64,000 bases of DNA from an uncultured virus (IMG/VR IMGVR_UViG_3300042863_002514) (IMGVR_UViG_3300042863_002514:1-64000); one strand, 5' to 3'. Positions 36,989 to 52,281 are shown, counted from the first letter of the stretch. A program made the numbers and translations. Notes: generated by a model from the letters alone, not told the origin.

Positions 36989-39900
36989 ATGACCAGCAAC
37001 ATTAGACCAGACAGTATCAACACCAACTATCCTGTGGCCGGTTCTGACAATGAAAGTCAGGGTTTCAGAGACAATTTTGAGGCAATGAGAGTTCAACTTG
37101 CTGTTGCGGCTGCTGAAATCTCCAACCTACAAAATACCACAGTGAGGTTATCTGGACCTGTTCAAAGCAACAAGGTTGTTTTAACAAGCGATCCCAACGG
37201 CACCTTGGTTGTAACAAGATTCCAAAACAGCGATTTAGAAAACAGCATCCAATTCCCTGGGACTGGAGCTATCAGGGTTCCAGTGGGCTTGACGGCGCAA
37301 CGGCCAGCAAGTAACCCACTTGCTCCCTCTACAGGTATGATCAGATTCAATACTGATTATAACAAGTTGGAATATTACAACGGCACAGCTTGGTACCTCT
37401 TGTCAGATGGTAGCCCTGGTCAAATTACACAAAATCAAGGTTTATTGAACGCAGTTGCCTTGGTTATCTACAATTTGCCATTTATTCGGGCGCAAGTTAA
37501 TTCTTGGGTACAAGGCAATTATCCCCTGGGTTATTCTTTAACCCCCTCTCAACTGGAAAAATGCAGCAGAGACTTGACTACTATCCTGTTTGCTGTAATG
37601 AATGACACATTGCTGGGCTCTACTTATAACAGTGTTGCAGCTGGCAACGCTTACTGGAACGGTGTTACAAGTGTTTTAATTTATAATACACCTGCGCAGA
37701 AACAATTGACTGTTGATGCGTTAACTTATGCATTGAGTTTGGTTCAAAAAATCGTTGCTAATATCGCTATTGTACCAGATTATCCAGCTGTTGTACCACC
37801 CAGTCAAGTAATTATACCCAGCTTCAGTGGCGGCGTAGTAGCCTATGCTCCTATTGCCAGCAATATTGCGATTATCAATAATATTATCCTAACTGGACCC
37901 AGCACTGAATATGCCAACTTTGTTCCCACCTCGTTGGGAAATTTCAGCGCACAAACACTGGTATATTTGAACCTTGAATTCTTGAGTCAAGAAGTAGTTG
38001 GCTGGATCAACAACCAATTTCCAGCCCCTTACTTTTACGATCAAAACAAATGTGCTCGTGATGTGCAACTGATTGCCGCGTGTGTTATGAGCGATGTTTT
38101 GAGTGGCATCAATCTCAATAGCTACCTAGCTGGCAACAAATATTATGAGTCTGGGAAAACAGTAATACCTGGACAGGTAGAGGTTACTGTTGCGGCCTTG
38201 AACCATCTAAAAACCCTGATGAACGATGTGGTTACAAACACCTCAGTTGCACCTGTTTACAGTTTGGTGCCCCAAGTATTTGACATCGCCTACACTGATG
38301 GTGGACTTTGGACAAATGACATTGTTGCACGTATTGATCTTATCATCAACATTTTGGAGACAGGTCCACAACCCATTCCTGCACCGTCAGGCGGCCCTGC
38401 TGGTCCTGTTGGTGCAACCGGCCCAACCGGCCCCTTAGGAGGTCCCACCGGCCCAGCCGGACCAGGGGGCACACCTGGTGGACCCACACAAGCTGTTCAA
38501 TTCAATAATGGGGGAACATTTGCTGGATCAGCAGATCTCAAATGGGACGGATCTAAACTCAACGCCAGTAAGCTGGCTGTAGACCAAGTTTTAATTGATA
38601 ATGATGTAATCACCAACAGCTTGGCTACAGGTATTTTGAATTTGAATGCCAAAGGGCAAGTTACTAGCTTGAATATCAACAATCCTGGAAGCGGATACAC
38701 ACTTGTTCCAGCTATTACAATTGATCCACCACCACCTGGTGGCGTGCAAGCTGTTGCAGAAGCTGTTATGGGCGCTGTACCTATCGTTGTGCCCTGGGAT
38801 CGTGGCGCTGGATATACGCCAGGCGACGCCTTGACAGTTCAAGGCGGAGTATTCTCTGCACCCACTTTGTTACAAGTGGAAACAGCTAGAATCAAGAGCA
38901 TACTTGTTGATGCCAACAATGAAGGACGTGGGTATAAGCCCAATGATATTCTCACTGTCAGTGGTGGTGATGGACCAGCATCAGCTACTATTATTATCAC
39001 TAGAGTCAAATTGATTGAACCACAAATAATTGCACAAGGTGTGGGATACATCACAGGTGAGGAAATCACTGTTTTTGGTGGTTCAGGCACACCTGCCACA
39101 TCTATTATCTCAGCTGACCCCATTCAAATATCGGGGAAATATGATACAAACAATTTTGTTACAAATCCAGCAATCAAAACCTATACAGTTCCATTCACTA
39201 TTGATCCATTGGATTATAGTGGCGTTACTGTTACGTTAAATGGCACGATTATCCTAGGGGCTGTATACAGCTTTGCGCCCAACGGCCTGCAAACAGATAT
39301 CACATTCTTGCCAGCCTTTTCTCTGCAAGCTGGCGATGTAATTGGTGTATTTTACAATAGTTTCTCAGGTGACGGGGTTGAAACAAACTTTGATCTCAGC
39401 CGTGCAATTATACCAGCTGACTATTTTGATTTGTATGTGACTCTTGACAACGTGAAACAAACACTGGGTACAAACTACACAGTAAGTCAGCCCGCTAGTG
39501 TGACCAGGCTTACCTTTGTGAACCCTCCTAGTAATGGCTCAGTTATTTCTGTTATTTTGGGCGGACGTGTAACAGACATAACAATCAACAACTCAGGGTC
39601 TTATAGAGAACTGCCCAATATTGTGGCTAACCCCGCTGTTGGTGGCAGTGGCCGTGGCCTACTTACTGAATATCAAACAGCAGCCAAATACAGTGTTACT
39701 GAGAGCACTTGCCAACTCCAAAATCAAGGACCTTACTACACCCTGCCACCTTTGACCAATAACAAAGCCACTGGCGGCAGCGGTTACGGCGTTCAATTCA
39801 ATATGGTGAGTGAGATCAACACTCTTATTATTACTGATCCTGGATACTATAGTTTCCTACCCACATTGCTGAACAACCCTGTAGTTGGTGGAACAGGAAC

Positions 39901-42900
39901 TGGCGCTAGGGTAAATCTCAGCTACGGTCTGATTGCTGCCATAGTCAACAGCAGTGGTAGTGGATACACAAATACACCCAAAGCAATTGTGCAACCAAGC
40001 CCGTCTGGTAATACGGCTCGTGTAACACCTGTAATGACAGGCGCCAGAGTAAGTGTTGGTGATTTGGTAGTAACTGGCGTTAGCAAAGGTACTGCACCTG
40101 CTGTTACTAACGTAATTTGGGTAACAAAAGATGGTGATGACAACAATGATGGTTTGGCTGAAGACCGGGCAAAAAGAACCGTCAAAGCTGCTGCTGCAAT
40201 CGCAAAACCATTTACAACAATTTTTGTCCGAAGCGGCAACTATTACGAAAACAACCCCATCTATTTGCCTGAGCGAGTGTCAGTTATTGGCGATAACTTG
40301 CGTAGAGTAAATCTCTTTTACAATAATCCTACAAAAGACTTCTTTTGGGTCAACAATGCCTGTTACATTGCAGGCGTGAGTTTCAGAGGTGGTAAGGCGC
40401 CAGGATTTGCTATCACCTATCCTCCTTTGGCAGGCGATCCCGATCTTCCTCCTGGTGTGCCTGGGGGAGCAGGAGTAATCAGCACAAGTCCTTATGTTCA
40501 AAACTGCACATGTTTTAACGAAACTGGCGGTGGGATGAAAGTGGATGGAAACCTTGCCAAAGGTTTGAAGAGTATGGTTTTGGATGGCTTCACTCAATAT
40601 AACCAAGGCGGTCCTGGCATCTACATTACAAACCAAGGTTACGCACAGTTGGTGTCAATCTTCACTATCTGTACTACAATTGGCACATGGGTAGAAAATG
40701 GTGCAACATGCAGCATAAGCAACAGCAATACCAGCTTCGGAGATATTGGTATTTTGGCTGATGGCATAAGTCCCTATCTCTATGGCGGCAGAATCAAAGC
40801 TGGCACGGGACGATTCCGTGTTGATACTATTGACATCAAGAATATTATCCAACGTCCATTTGTGGGCCTTGTGGCTACTGTTGGTCCTGAGTTCAGCTAT
40901 GTGAGCGAAATACAAGTAATTGATCAAGGACAGGGATATACTAGTACACCCCTAGTGCTGTTGGATCCACCAATTGGTTACGCAAGACAGCGTGCTGAAT
41001 TTCAAGCAGTAGTAACAAGTGGAGCTATTACCGCGTTGAATAATATAGAAAAAGGATCTGGTTATACAGGCGGCGCATACGCAACAATTTACGATCCCAG
41101 TGGTACTGGAGCAATTATTGGTGCGGTGATTTACAGTTGCAGAAGCGATATAGCTAGCGGAGTGGCTATTTTGAATGGTGGTCGCGGTTATGCACTTAAC
41201 GACACCATAACAATTAGTGGAGGAACTTTCCCAAATCTGCAAGTGAATACGCCAGTGTTGCTTCAAGTAGCTGCTGTAGGTTTGGGAGGTGCAGTAACAT
41301 CAGTTTTTGTGATTGATGAAGGCGAATACACAGACCTCCCTATAGTTTCTGGTGCGGCTACCACTAGCAGCGGCATAGGAACTGGATTCAGTTGCAGTAT
41401 CAATTTTGGCGTAAACAGTATAAATCTCGCCAGCAGTGGCACAGGTTACACAAGCCCCACTGTTACTATAAGTGGTGGCGGTGGCATCACAGCCAAAGGT
41501 CGTGCAGAGTATGACAACACAACTGGCACAATTCGTGAAGTCACACTCATAAGTCAGGGCGGTGGTTATATAGCTCAACCCATTGTCACTATTGAGGGTG
41601 GTGGAGGATCAGGTAATGGCGACACTGGTGCAACAGCTATTACTGAGGTAACAGCTGGTGTTGTCACAAATATACGGATTACAAATCCAGGATCAAACTT
41701 TGTAATTGACCCCACTGTGCGCTTCTCAGGAGGCGGGGGCGCTGGTGCCAAAGCTGGCCAAATTTGGTATCAAGCTGTTGGTGCTAGCGTAAACAGTGTC
41801 TTTACAACCTCAAACAACACCTATTTCAATGGTGGGCAAGGCTATCAAATAAATGACCTGCTCGAGGTGGTTGGAGGAGAAGGCACGGCGAGAACTCGTG
41901 TCCGAGTAGTTGCTGTCGCATCAAATGGATTTACGTCTGGTATTGTAACAAGAGTTGTTATTGACACAGCTGGCAAATATTCAAAGATGCCTACACTAAA
42001 TGGCGTTGAAACTCAGTATGTTCTCAGTGGAAGTGGCACAGGATGCTTACTTGATCTCAGTATGGGCCTTGCAGCTATTGATCTAGCAAGCGGCGGTAAC
42101 AGTTACAGTGCTGGTCCTCGAGTAAGATTCCAAGGTGGTGATGCTGAAAGCTTCAGCTTTTTGACTGCTAAGGCAGCAGTCAGTCCTATTGACACAGCAA
42201 ATACATTGCTAGCTATCACATATGCTAGAGACTGGGCATATAATCTGATTGATAACAACCCAACCCCACCTGCCGGATATGTTGGCAGTCCTTATCAAGC
42301 TACTGAGCTGCCTGTTGTTGATCCAGCTTTGCCCAACGGATTGGATGCCACAACTGGGGTGACTGCGTTCTTTACAAATACAAGTCAAATAATAAATTAC
42401 GGGACAAGCCTGAGTCCTTACGACAATGCCAGTAGCTTGCTGCTCCTGAACAAAGCCTTCTTACAAGCAGAGGTATTGGCTTATGTGAATTGGCAGTATC
42501 CAGGATTCTTCAACGCATTAGCTGGTGGTAATCCCACAGAGGCAGCTAGACTACAAGCACTATGCAGCAGAGATGTTGGATACATTGTTGATGCTCTCTC
42601 AATTGACTGTTCAACTGGCGGCTTTGTAAGAAGTATACGAGCAGGACAATCTTACTGGAATGGGATAGTCAGTAAGCTTCCAGGACAAGCTGCGGAAACT
42701 ATTGATGCGATCAATTATATCTTGGCATGGGGGTTGAATCTTATCAACAATATATCAACTCCACCAGGTGCGTACCCAGGTGCACCTTTCCAAACAGCAG
42801 TGACCGCAAGTGTCAATCCAGTGCTTACAAATGGAGTGTATGCTGCCTCTAACTTAACAGCAGCAGTGAATGTTATCACCAACTTGATCTCCAACGGCCT

Positions 42901-44482
42901 GCCATTTACAGGATATAATAGTGCAAGTGCTCTTTTGAAAGCCAATTATGCATTCTTACAAGCTGAAGTAACAGCATATGCAAATACTTTGGTGTCTATG
43001 ACTACAGATGAGAAAGCTAATTTTGCCAAACTCATTGGCCAAGTTATTGACAGCGTCAGTGGTGATATCATTGGGGCTGGGGGTACTCCTGCTATTGCTG
43101 AGGCTAAATTGTATCCAAAATACTACACTATAAGTAGTGCCACGCCGTTGGTAATAAATGGGGGCCCTGTAATACCAGCACCATTGGCAGCAAGCCTTAG
43201 TTTCAGAAGTGGCCAACGCTATTGGGATGGTGTAACCAGTTTGATACCTGGTCAATCAACACAAACTATTCAGGCCATAAATTTCGCCAAGAGTCTAAGT
43301 CAAAACATAGTTCAAAACACTGCTGTTGTTCCGCTGCAAGTTTCTGTAGCACAAGTTACAAATGGAAGTTTGAGTGGTGGAGCAGCTACTTTGAATGGCG
43401 TAACAGCATTTTTCGACCATATAACCACATTTATTAACGATGGCTTAAGTGTAGCCAATATAAGATATACCCATGCAGGACTGCTCCTACAGGCCAACAG
43501 AGCATTCCTCCAAGCTGAAATTGGTGCATGGGTAAGTATTACCTATCCTGGATTTTTATCACCCGCACAACTGACACTGTGTGAACGAGATGTGGGATTG
43601 ATTGTAGATGGCATGACACTTGATGCAACAAAAGGTGGAGTAATTGAGGCCTTGCGTAGTGGTAGAAATTACTGGAACGGTGTAACCAGCTTGATTGGTG
43701 GGCAAGAAAGTCAAACCATCGCTGCTTTGACCCAACTACGCACGTTGGTTATGGACGTTATCACCAATAGTGCAATTATACCTATCCAGGGGGTTGTGCC
43801 ACAAGTAGTCAACCCAGCATTAAATTATGGCAGTTATAGCTCACAAAACTTGGAAGCCTCTTTTGATGTATTGATCAGCACAATAAACCCCCTCTATGGT
43901 CCCAAAAATCTACGCTGGAATAATTCCAGTCAATTGTTACGATTGAACAAGCAATTTATTCAAGCAGAAGTAACGCAATATGTGTTGAATACTTTTGGTC
44001 CAGGGTTCTTAACAGCTGATCAACTGAGCTTGTGTACACGTGACACTGGATTTATTGTGGATGCAGTAGCAGCTGATTTAGTAGGAGCCGGTGGGTCACT
44101 GCTCAGCGATACTGTGGAAAACGAAACAACTGTCACACTTGAAGAAGTTACAGACTATGCACCTTTGGATGATGAAACTGTAAACTTTTATCAAGTAAGT
44201 GTTGCATCTGCATCCAGTCACACTTTTGAATATGTGGGCGCAGGAACAGATATCAACACCTGCTTGCCTCAGTTAGGTGGTGTACCTATACAGGAAAACG
44301 AAGTTGTAATGAGACGCGGTGGGAGAATTTACTACACTAGCACCGATCACAAAGGTGACTTCCGTATTGGCGAAGGATTAGTTATCAATCAGAATACTGG
44401 CACACTTAGTGGACGTGTGTTTGCCAAAAGCTTGTTTGGCCTTGTAACACCATTTATTTTGAGTATTGAGTCTAGTGGTTAA
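36989..44482 (+). CDS. Giant (about 2500 aa) multidomain virion structural/fibre protein
   Basis: N-terminal [15 protein letters not shown] anchor; five helical C.RD.G.I.DA repeats; many G.GY beta repeats; a beta-helix-like block (DGDDNNDG..AKRTV..GNYYENNPI..VIGDNLR); short collagen linker. Confidence 0.85.
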   Translation: MTSNIRPDSINTNYPVAGSDNESQGFRDNFEAMRVQLAVAAAEISNLQNTTVRLSGPVQSNKVVLTSDPNGTLVVTRFQNSDLENSIQFPGTGAIRVPVGLTAQRPASNPLAPSTGMIRFNTDYNKLEYYNGTAWYLLSDGSPGQITQNQGLLNAVALVIYNLPFIRAQVNSWVQGNYPLGYSLTPSQLEKCSRDLTTILFAVMNDTLLGSTYNSVAAGNAYWNGVTSVLIYNTPAQKQLTVDALTYALSLVQKIVANIAIVPDYPAVVPPSQVIIPSFSGGVVAYAPIASNIAIINNIILTGPSTEYANFVPTSLGNFSAQTLVYLNLEFLSQEVVGWINNQFPAPYFYDQNKCARDVQLIAACVMSDVLSGINLNSYLAGNKYYESGKTVIPGQVEVTVAALNHLKTLMNDVVTNTSVAPVYSLVPQVFDIAYTDGGLWTNDIVARIDLIINILETGPQPIPAPSGGPAGPVGATGPTGPLGGPTGPAGPGGTPGGPTQAVQFNNGGTFAGSADLKWDGSKLNASKLAVDQVLIDNDVITNSLATGILNLNAKGQVTSLNINNPGSGYTLVPAITIDPPPPGGVQAVAEAVMGAVPIVVPWDRGAGYTPGDALTVQGGVFSAPTLLQVETARIKSILVDANNEGRGYKPNDILTVSGGDGPASATIIITRVKLIEPQIIAQGVGYITGEEITVFGGSGTPATSIISADPIQISGKYDTNNFVTNPAIKTYTVPFTIDPLDYSGVTVTLNGTIILGAVYSFAPNGLQTDITFLPAFSLQAGDVIGVFYNSFSGDGVETNFDLSRAIIPADYFDLYVTLDNVKQTLGTNYTVSQPASVTRLTFVNPPSNGSVISVILGGRVTDITINNSGSYRELPNIVANPAVGGSGRGLLTEYQTAAKYSVTESTCQLQNQGPYYTLPPLTNNKATGGSGYGVQFNMVSEINTLIITDPGYYSFLPTLLNNPVVGGTGTGARVNLSYGLIAAIVNSSGSGYTNTPKAIVQPSPSGNTARVTPVMTGARVSVGDLVVTGVSKGTAPAVTNVIWVTKDGDDNNDGLAEDRAKRTVKAAAAIAKPFTTIFVRSGNYYENNPIYLPERVSVIGDNLRRVNLFYNNPTKDFFWVNNACYIAGVSFRGGKAPGFAITYPPLAGDPDLPPGVPGGAGVISTSPYVQNCTCFNETGGGMKVDGNLAKGLKSMVLDGFTQYNQGGPGIYITNQGYAQLVSIFTICTTIGTWVENGATCSISNSNTSFGDIGILADGISPYLYGGRIKAGTGRFRVDTIDIKNIIQRPFVGLVATVGPEFSYVSEIQVIDQGQGYTSTPLVLLDPPIGYARQRAEFQAVVTSGAITALNNIEKGSGYTGGAYATIYDPSGTGAIIGAVIYSCRSDIASGVAILNGGRGYALNDTITISGGTFPNLQVNTPVLLQVAAVGLGGAVTSVFVIDEGEYTDLPIVSGAATTSSGIGTGFSCSINFGVNSINLASSGTGYTSPTVTISGGGGITAKGRAEYDNTTGTIREVTLISQGGGYIAQPIVTIEGGGGSGNGDTGATAITEVTAGVVTNIRITNPGSNFVIDPTVRFSGGGGAGAKAGQIWYQAVGASVNSVFTTSNNTYFNGGQGYQINDLLEVVGGEGTARTRVRVVAVASNGFTSGIVTRVVIDTAGKYSKMPTLNGVETQYVLSGSGTGCLLDLSMGLAAIDLASGGNSYSAGPRVRFQGGDAESFSFLTAKAAVSPIDTANTLLAITYARDWAYNLIDNNPTPPAGYVGSPYQATELPVVDPALPNGLDATTGVTAFFTNTSQIINYGTSLSPYDNASSLLLLNKAFLQAEVLAYVNWQYPGFFNALAGGNPTEAARLQALCSRDVGYIVDALSIDCSTGGFVRSIRAGQSYWNGIVSKLPGQAAETIDAINYILAWGLNLINNISTPPGAYPGAPFQTAVTASVNPVLTNGVYAASNLTAAVNVITNLISNGLPFTGYNSASALLKANYAFLQAEVTAYANTLVSMTTDEKANFAKLIGQVIDSVSGDIIGAGGTPAIAEAKLYPKYYTISSATPLVINGGPVIPAPLAASLSFRSGQRYWDGVTSLIPGQSTQTIQAINFAKSLSQNIVQNTAVVPLQVSVAQVTNGSLSGGAATLNGVTAFFDHITTFINDGLSVANIRYTHAGLLLQANRAFLQAEIGAWVSITYPGFLSPAQLTLCERDVGLIVDGMTLDATKGGVIEALRSGRNYWNGVTSLIGGQESQTIAALTQLRTLVMDVITNSAIIPIQGVVPQVVNPALNYGSYSSQNLEASFDVLISTINPLYGPKNLRWNNSSQLLRLNKQFIQAEVTQYVLNTFGPGFLTADQLSLCTRDTGFIVDAVAADLVGAGGSLLSDTVENETTVTLEEVTDYAPLDDETVNFYQVSVASASSHTFEYVGAGTDINTCLPQLGGVPIQENEVVMRRGGRIYYTSTDHKGDFRIGEGLVINQNTGTLSGRVFAKSLFGLVTPFILSIESSG

Positions 44483-44502
44483 GACAAGGTAGTTGACATA
44501 CC

Positions 44503-44510
44503 TATAAATA
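44503..44510 (+). promoter_or_regulatory. T4-type late promoter TATAAATA
   Basis: Exact match, 34 nt upstream of ATG 44545 (SD GGAGG). Confidence 0.7.
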
Positions 44511-44544
44511 CCCAGTCGTATAGCGTTATTTTGTGGAGGTTCCT

Positions 44545-44898
44545 ATGGCTGTTTTGCCGCTGAATACTTTTAGAACTATTACAAGAAGAATCACAGCCGT
44601 AGGTCCTGCTTCTTTTGAGGAAATCTATACATGTCCTGTAGGTGTAACAGCAATTGTTCTTTTGGCCCAAATTTCCAATGTGGGTAATGTTACTGCAAAA
44701 GTAAGTTTTGCTCATGTGAAAGATATTACAGTTACTTTCTTGGTCCGTAATGCCAAAATTCCCATTGAGGACGCTTTGAGTGTTTTGACTGGCCGCCTCG
44801 TGCTTGAAGAAGGACACAGAGTGAGAGTTTTCACAGATGCTGCTGGGGCCAATAATTTAGATGTAGTCCTAAGTATTGTGGAAAGCGCCAACACATAA
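44545..44898 (+). CDS. Small beta-sandwich virion protein (paralog of 17515 and 51949)
   Basis: IYTCPVG..AIVLLAQISNV...IP.EDALSVLTGRLVLEEG. Confidence 0.7.
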   Translation: MAVLPLNTFRTITRRITAVGPASFEEIYTCPVGVTAIVLLAQISNVGNVTAKVSFAHVKDITVTFLVRNAKIPIEDALSVLTGRLVLEEGHRVRVFTDAAGANNLDVVLSIVESANT

Positions 44899-44982
44899 TG
44901 AATTTTTCCAGGACTAGATACCAAAAGTCAAAATACCATCTTGCACCTAAATATCCCACTATTGGCACGGTTGTAGAGATAA

Positions 44983-48978
<3,996 letters not shown>

Positions 48979-49014
48979 TATTGACCTTCTGAATGAAAAC
49001 AACTATCTCATTAT

Positions 49015-50481
49015 ATGAGATATAGTATTGTTATACCCACTTATAATCACTGTGAAGACCTACTCAAGCCCTGTTTAGAGTCAATTTTTAGATATTCGCA
49101 CATGCGAGATATAGAATTGATCATTTCAGCCAATGGCTGTGTTGATAATACTAAAACCTATCTAACCAACTTACAAAAACAATTTCAAGTGCTGGGAATG
49201 GAGGATCATTTCAAAATTGTTTGGAATGACGCCCCATTGGGATTTTCCAAAGCCACTAATGTAGGCATAAGAGAAGCCTCTTGTGATCTAGTTGTATTAC
49301 TAAGTAATGATGTAACTTTGCTGGGTCAAGAAAAAGGCACTTGGTTGTCTAGGCTGGTCTTGCCCTTTGAAACAAATGTGCGATGCGGTATTTCGTGCAC
49401 AAACAAAATGTATAGTGAACATGCAGGCCGTGATTTTGCTATTTTCTTTTGTGTGATGATTCACAAAAAAGTTTTTGAAAAAATAGGCTTGTTGAATGAA
49501 GACTATGGTGTTGGTAGCGGAGAAGATATTGAATTTTCCATTGAGGCTGAAAACGCAGGATTTGAAGTAATTGAAGTGGCGCAAAACACCATGGACTATA
49601 ATTTAAAAATGTGGTTAAGTGATTTTCCTTTATACCACAAAGGTGAAGGCACAGTTCATGATCCATCACTTGTGCCGGATTGGGATAATATTTTCACTGG
49701 GAACATGATCAAGGTTGCGCAAAAATATAATCCCGCTTGGGTGGAAGCCAACGCTGCCCAATTCTCTTGGCAACTGCTTCAAGAAACATTGCCTAAATTT
49801 CATAAACCAATTAGCCTGCTCAAAAAGTTGAATAATGTGTTATTTGATGAAATATTCAAAATAAATTGTTATCATGTTCTGCCAAATGAGTTTGAAGGCA
49901 ATATTGTTGTAGATATTGGTGCTCATATTGGCACATTTAGCATATTCAGTCTCATTCATGGTGCCACAAAAGTCTTGGCTATAGAGGCTAACCCCAAAGT
50001 CTACTCCACACATTTAGCAGATGTAGTAAGCTCTTTGCCTCAAATACAGATAGATAATCTTGCTGTTACAGATCAAGAAGACATATTGGTATCAATCAAA
50101 GATGATGATGTCAACAGCCAGCTCCAACCCTATGATCCAAAAAATCTGTCTGTGAAAACCATAACCTTACTTTCTCTGTTAAAAAAACACAATATTGAGG
50201 GAACTGAATTGGTTTTGAAACTGGATATTGAAGGGCATGAATTCAATGTATTACTGAATACACCAATTGAAGTTTTGAGCCGCTTCAAAACCATTTTTGT
50301 GGAAGTTCACAATGACATGAATCCCAACTCCAATTTCAGGGATATCAAAAGAATTGCAGAACATCTTGAAAACAATGGTTTCAAGAAAACATTTGAAATA
50401 CCCTTGTTGTGGTTTGGCATAGATGGCACAGTAACGCAAACTGGTGTATGGAATGAGAAGTACGAAAGAGTGAAAATATGA
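49015..50481 (+). CDS. GT2 glycosyltransferase fused to FkbM-type methyltransferase
   Basis: YSIVIPTYN, LLSND and GSGEDIEF (GT2); VVDIGAHIG, IEANP, LKLDIEGHE and VEVH (FkbM). Confidence 0.88.
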   Translation: MRYSIVIPTYNHCEDLLKPCLESIFRYSHMRDIELIISANGCVDNTKTYLTNLQKQFQVLGMEDHFKIVWNDAPLGFSKATNVGIREASCDLVVLLSNDVTLLGQEKGTWLSRLVLPFETNVRCGISCTNKMYSEHAGRDFAIFFCVMIHKKVFEKIGLLNEDYGVGSGEDIEFSIEAENAGFEVIEVAQNTMDYNLKMWLSDFPLYHKGEGTVHDPSLVPDWDNIFTGNMIKVAQKYNPAWVEANAAQFSWQLLQETLPKFHKPISLLKKLNNVLFDEIFKINCYHVLPNEFEGNIVVDIGAHIGTFSIFSLIHGATKVLAIEANPKVYSTHLADVVSSLPQIQIDNLAVTDQEDILVSIKDDDVNSQLQPYDPKNLSVKTITLLSLLKKHNIEGTELVLKLDIEGHEFNVLLNTPIEVLSRFKTIFVEVHNDMNPNSNFRDIKRIAEHLENNGFKKTFEIPLLWFGIDGTVTQTGVWNEKYERVKI

Positions 50482-51449
50482 AAAAAGGAGTCTTGTGCAG
50501 CATTACTACTCGAGGCAGATACCACAGCACACTGGCCATGAGCATCATGAGTGTGGCAACTCAAACAGAACTACCTGACCACTTGGTCATATTTGATGAC
50601 AATGACCCTACTGAGGATATTAGAGAGATACCTACTCTACGCCATGTTCTGTGCATCTTGGAAGAGAAAAAACTGTCTTGGGAAGTAATTTTTGGGCGGA
50701 AACAGGGTCCGCATCATAACCATCAGATTGCCAATCGTATGGGGTTTGAATGGGTGTGGCGTCTAGATGACGACGCTGTGGCTGAACCCAATGCATTGAA
50801 AATCTTTAAAAGTCATCTAAATGCCAACACTGGTGCGGTAGGAGGTAGTATACTCACACCACCATTTTTGAAAAATACCAACGCCACTGGTTCCATTGAT
50901 AAAGTTGAAGAACAAAGCATTCAATGGGATTACATTGCTGAGAAAAAAGCTGTTGATCATTTGCATTGTAGTTTCGTGTATCGAGCAGGCATACATGACT
51001 ACAATTTGGGCTTAAGTCCAGTGGGGTTCCGAGAAGAAACCCTGTTCACATGGGGTTTGAAACAAAAGGGCTTTGATATCTTCATTGTACCTGGTGTAAT
51101 AACATGGCATTTGAAAAATCCTGTTGGTGGAATAAGACAACAAGATGAATTGATGTATTCCAAAGATGATGCTATTTTCCGCAATCATTTACATTATAGA
51201 GACCATACTATGGTAGTGCTTGACTGCGGTATGGGTGATCATGTTGTGTTCCAGAAAGTTCTTCCTTTGTTAAAAAATCCAGTTGTGTTTTCCTGTTATC
51301 CAGAAATCGTAGCAGGACGCAGTATTGGTGAGGCAGTGCATTTGTTTGGTGACATAAGTTACTTAAACGTATACCAAAAAATGGAACAGTGGAATTGGAC
51401 TGAAAGCTTGGAAAAGGCCTATCGCAAACTGTATGGAGTTGACAATTGA
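50478..51449 (+). CDS. GT2-like glycosyltransferase with C-terminal GT9-like N-half
   Basis: IFDD, WRLDDD, AVGG and FREET motifs; C-terminal VVLDCGMGDHVVF. Confidence 0.75.
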   Translation: MKKGVLCSITTRGRYHSTLAMSIMSVATQTELPDHLVIFDDNDPTEDIREIPTLRHVLCILEEKKLSWEVIFGRKQGPHHNHQIANRMGFEWVWRLDDDAVAEPNALKIFKSHLNANTGAVGGSILTPPFLKNTNATGSIDKVEEQSIQWDYIAEKKAVDHLHCSFVYRAGIHDYNLGLSPVGFREETLFTWGLKQKGFDIFIVPGVITWHLKNPVGGIRQQDELMYSKDDAIFRNHLHYRDHTMVVLDCGMGDHVVFQKVLPLLKNPVVFSCYPEIVAGRSIGEAVHLFGDISYLNVYQKMEQWNWTESLEKAYRKLYGVDN

Positions 51450-51913
51450 TTCTGATCGCGCCCTGGAGTAAACCATTACGTAATGGCCAAACCAATCCCA
51501 AAAACTATCCCTACTGGGGTGACCTAGTGAAATTATTACCACCACCAGTGGTGCAAGTGGGGGTGGATGGCGAACTTCAATTGGTTGAAGATTTCCGCAA
51601 AAATTTAAATCTGAAAGATTTGGCTCAACTGATTCTGGCATGCAATACATGGATCTCTGTGGACACATTTTTTCAACACTATGCATGGAGTTTAGGCAAA
51701 AAAGGTGTAGTAGTGTGGGGACAAAGTGATCCCAACATCTATGGTCATGCCGAAAATGAGAATCTACTCCTGAACCGTAGTTTTTTAACAAGTAATCAAT
51801 TTTTGATGTGGGAAATGATCCCCTATCGCAATGATTGCTGGGTAGACCCAAAAACAGTATTGGAAAGTGTTCAAAAGTCTCAAGGGATGGGTGGCTTCGA
51901 GAACATGGGATAA
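51446..51913 (+). CDS. GT9/heptosyltransferase-like C-terminal half
   Basis: NPKNYPYW, VQVG, WISVDTFFQH and VVWGQSDP..YGH motifs; TTG start overlaps the upstream TGA. Confidence 0.7.
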   Translation: MILIAPWSKPLRNGQTNPKNYPYWGDLVKLLPPPVVQVGVDGELQLVEDFRKNLNLKDLAQLILACNTWISVDTFFQHYAWSLGKKGVVVWGQSDPNIYGHAENENLLLNRSFLTSNQFLMWEMIPYRNDCWVDPKTVLESVQKSQGMGGFENMG

Positions 51914-51948
51914 ATATTGCAGACGGTTCATACTAGGAATATCACTCA

Positions 51949-52281
51949 ATGGCTAACACTACTCCTAAAATATTTAACCAGCTGCGCCCTTTGAATACTG
52001 CTGTTCCCAGTCAGTTGTATAGCGTGCCCTTGCAAAGACAAGCCCAAATAACACTGTTTGTGGCAAATCAAGGAAATACCAGCGAGTTTTTCCGAATAGC
52101 ATTAGTACCAGACGGACAAAGCTTGACTACTGCCCGGTATATTGCATTTGATACACCCTTGATAGGCAACGGAGTATTTGCTGTGACAGGCATTGGTTTG
52201 GATTCAGGTGATAGTATATTTGTCAAGAGTGCAATAGGCAACTTAAGCTTTACTGCCACCGGAATTGAATTTAGCCCTTAA
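51949..52281 (+). CDS. Small beta-sandwich virion protein (paralog of 17515 and 44545)
   Basis: LYSVP....ITLFVANQG...YIAFD......GIGL.SGDSIFV; GATAAATA box at 51909-16. Confidence 0.7.
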   Translation: MANTTPKIFNQLRPLNTAVPSQLYSVPLQRQAQITLFVANQGNTSEFFRIALVPDGQSLTTARYIAFDTPLIGNGVFAVTGIGLDSGDSIFVKSAIGNLSFTATGIEFSP

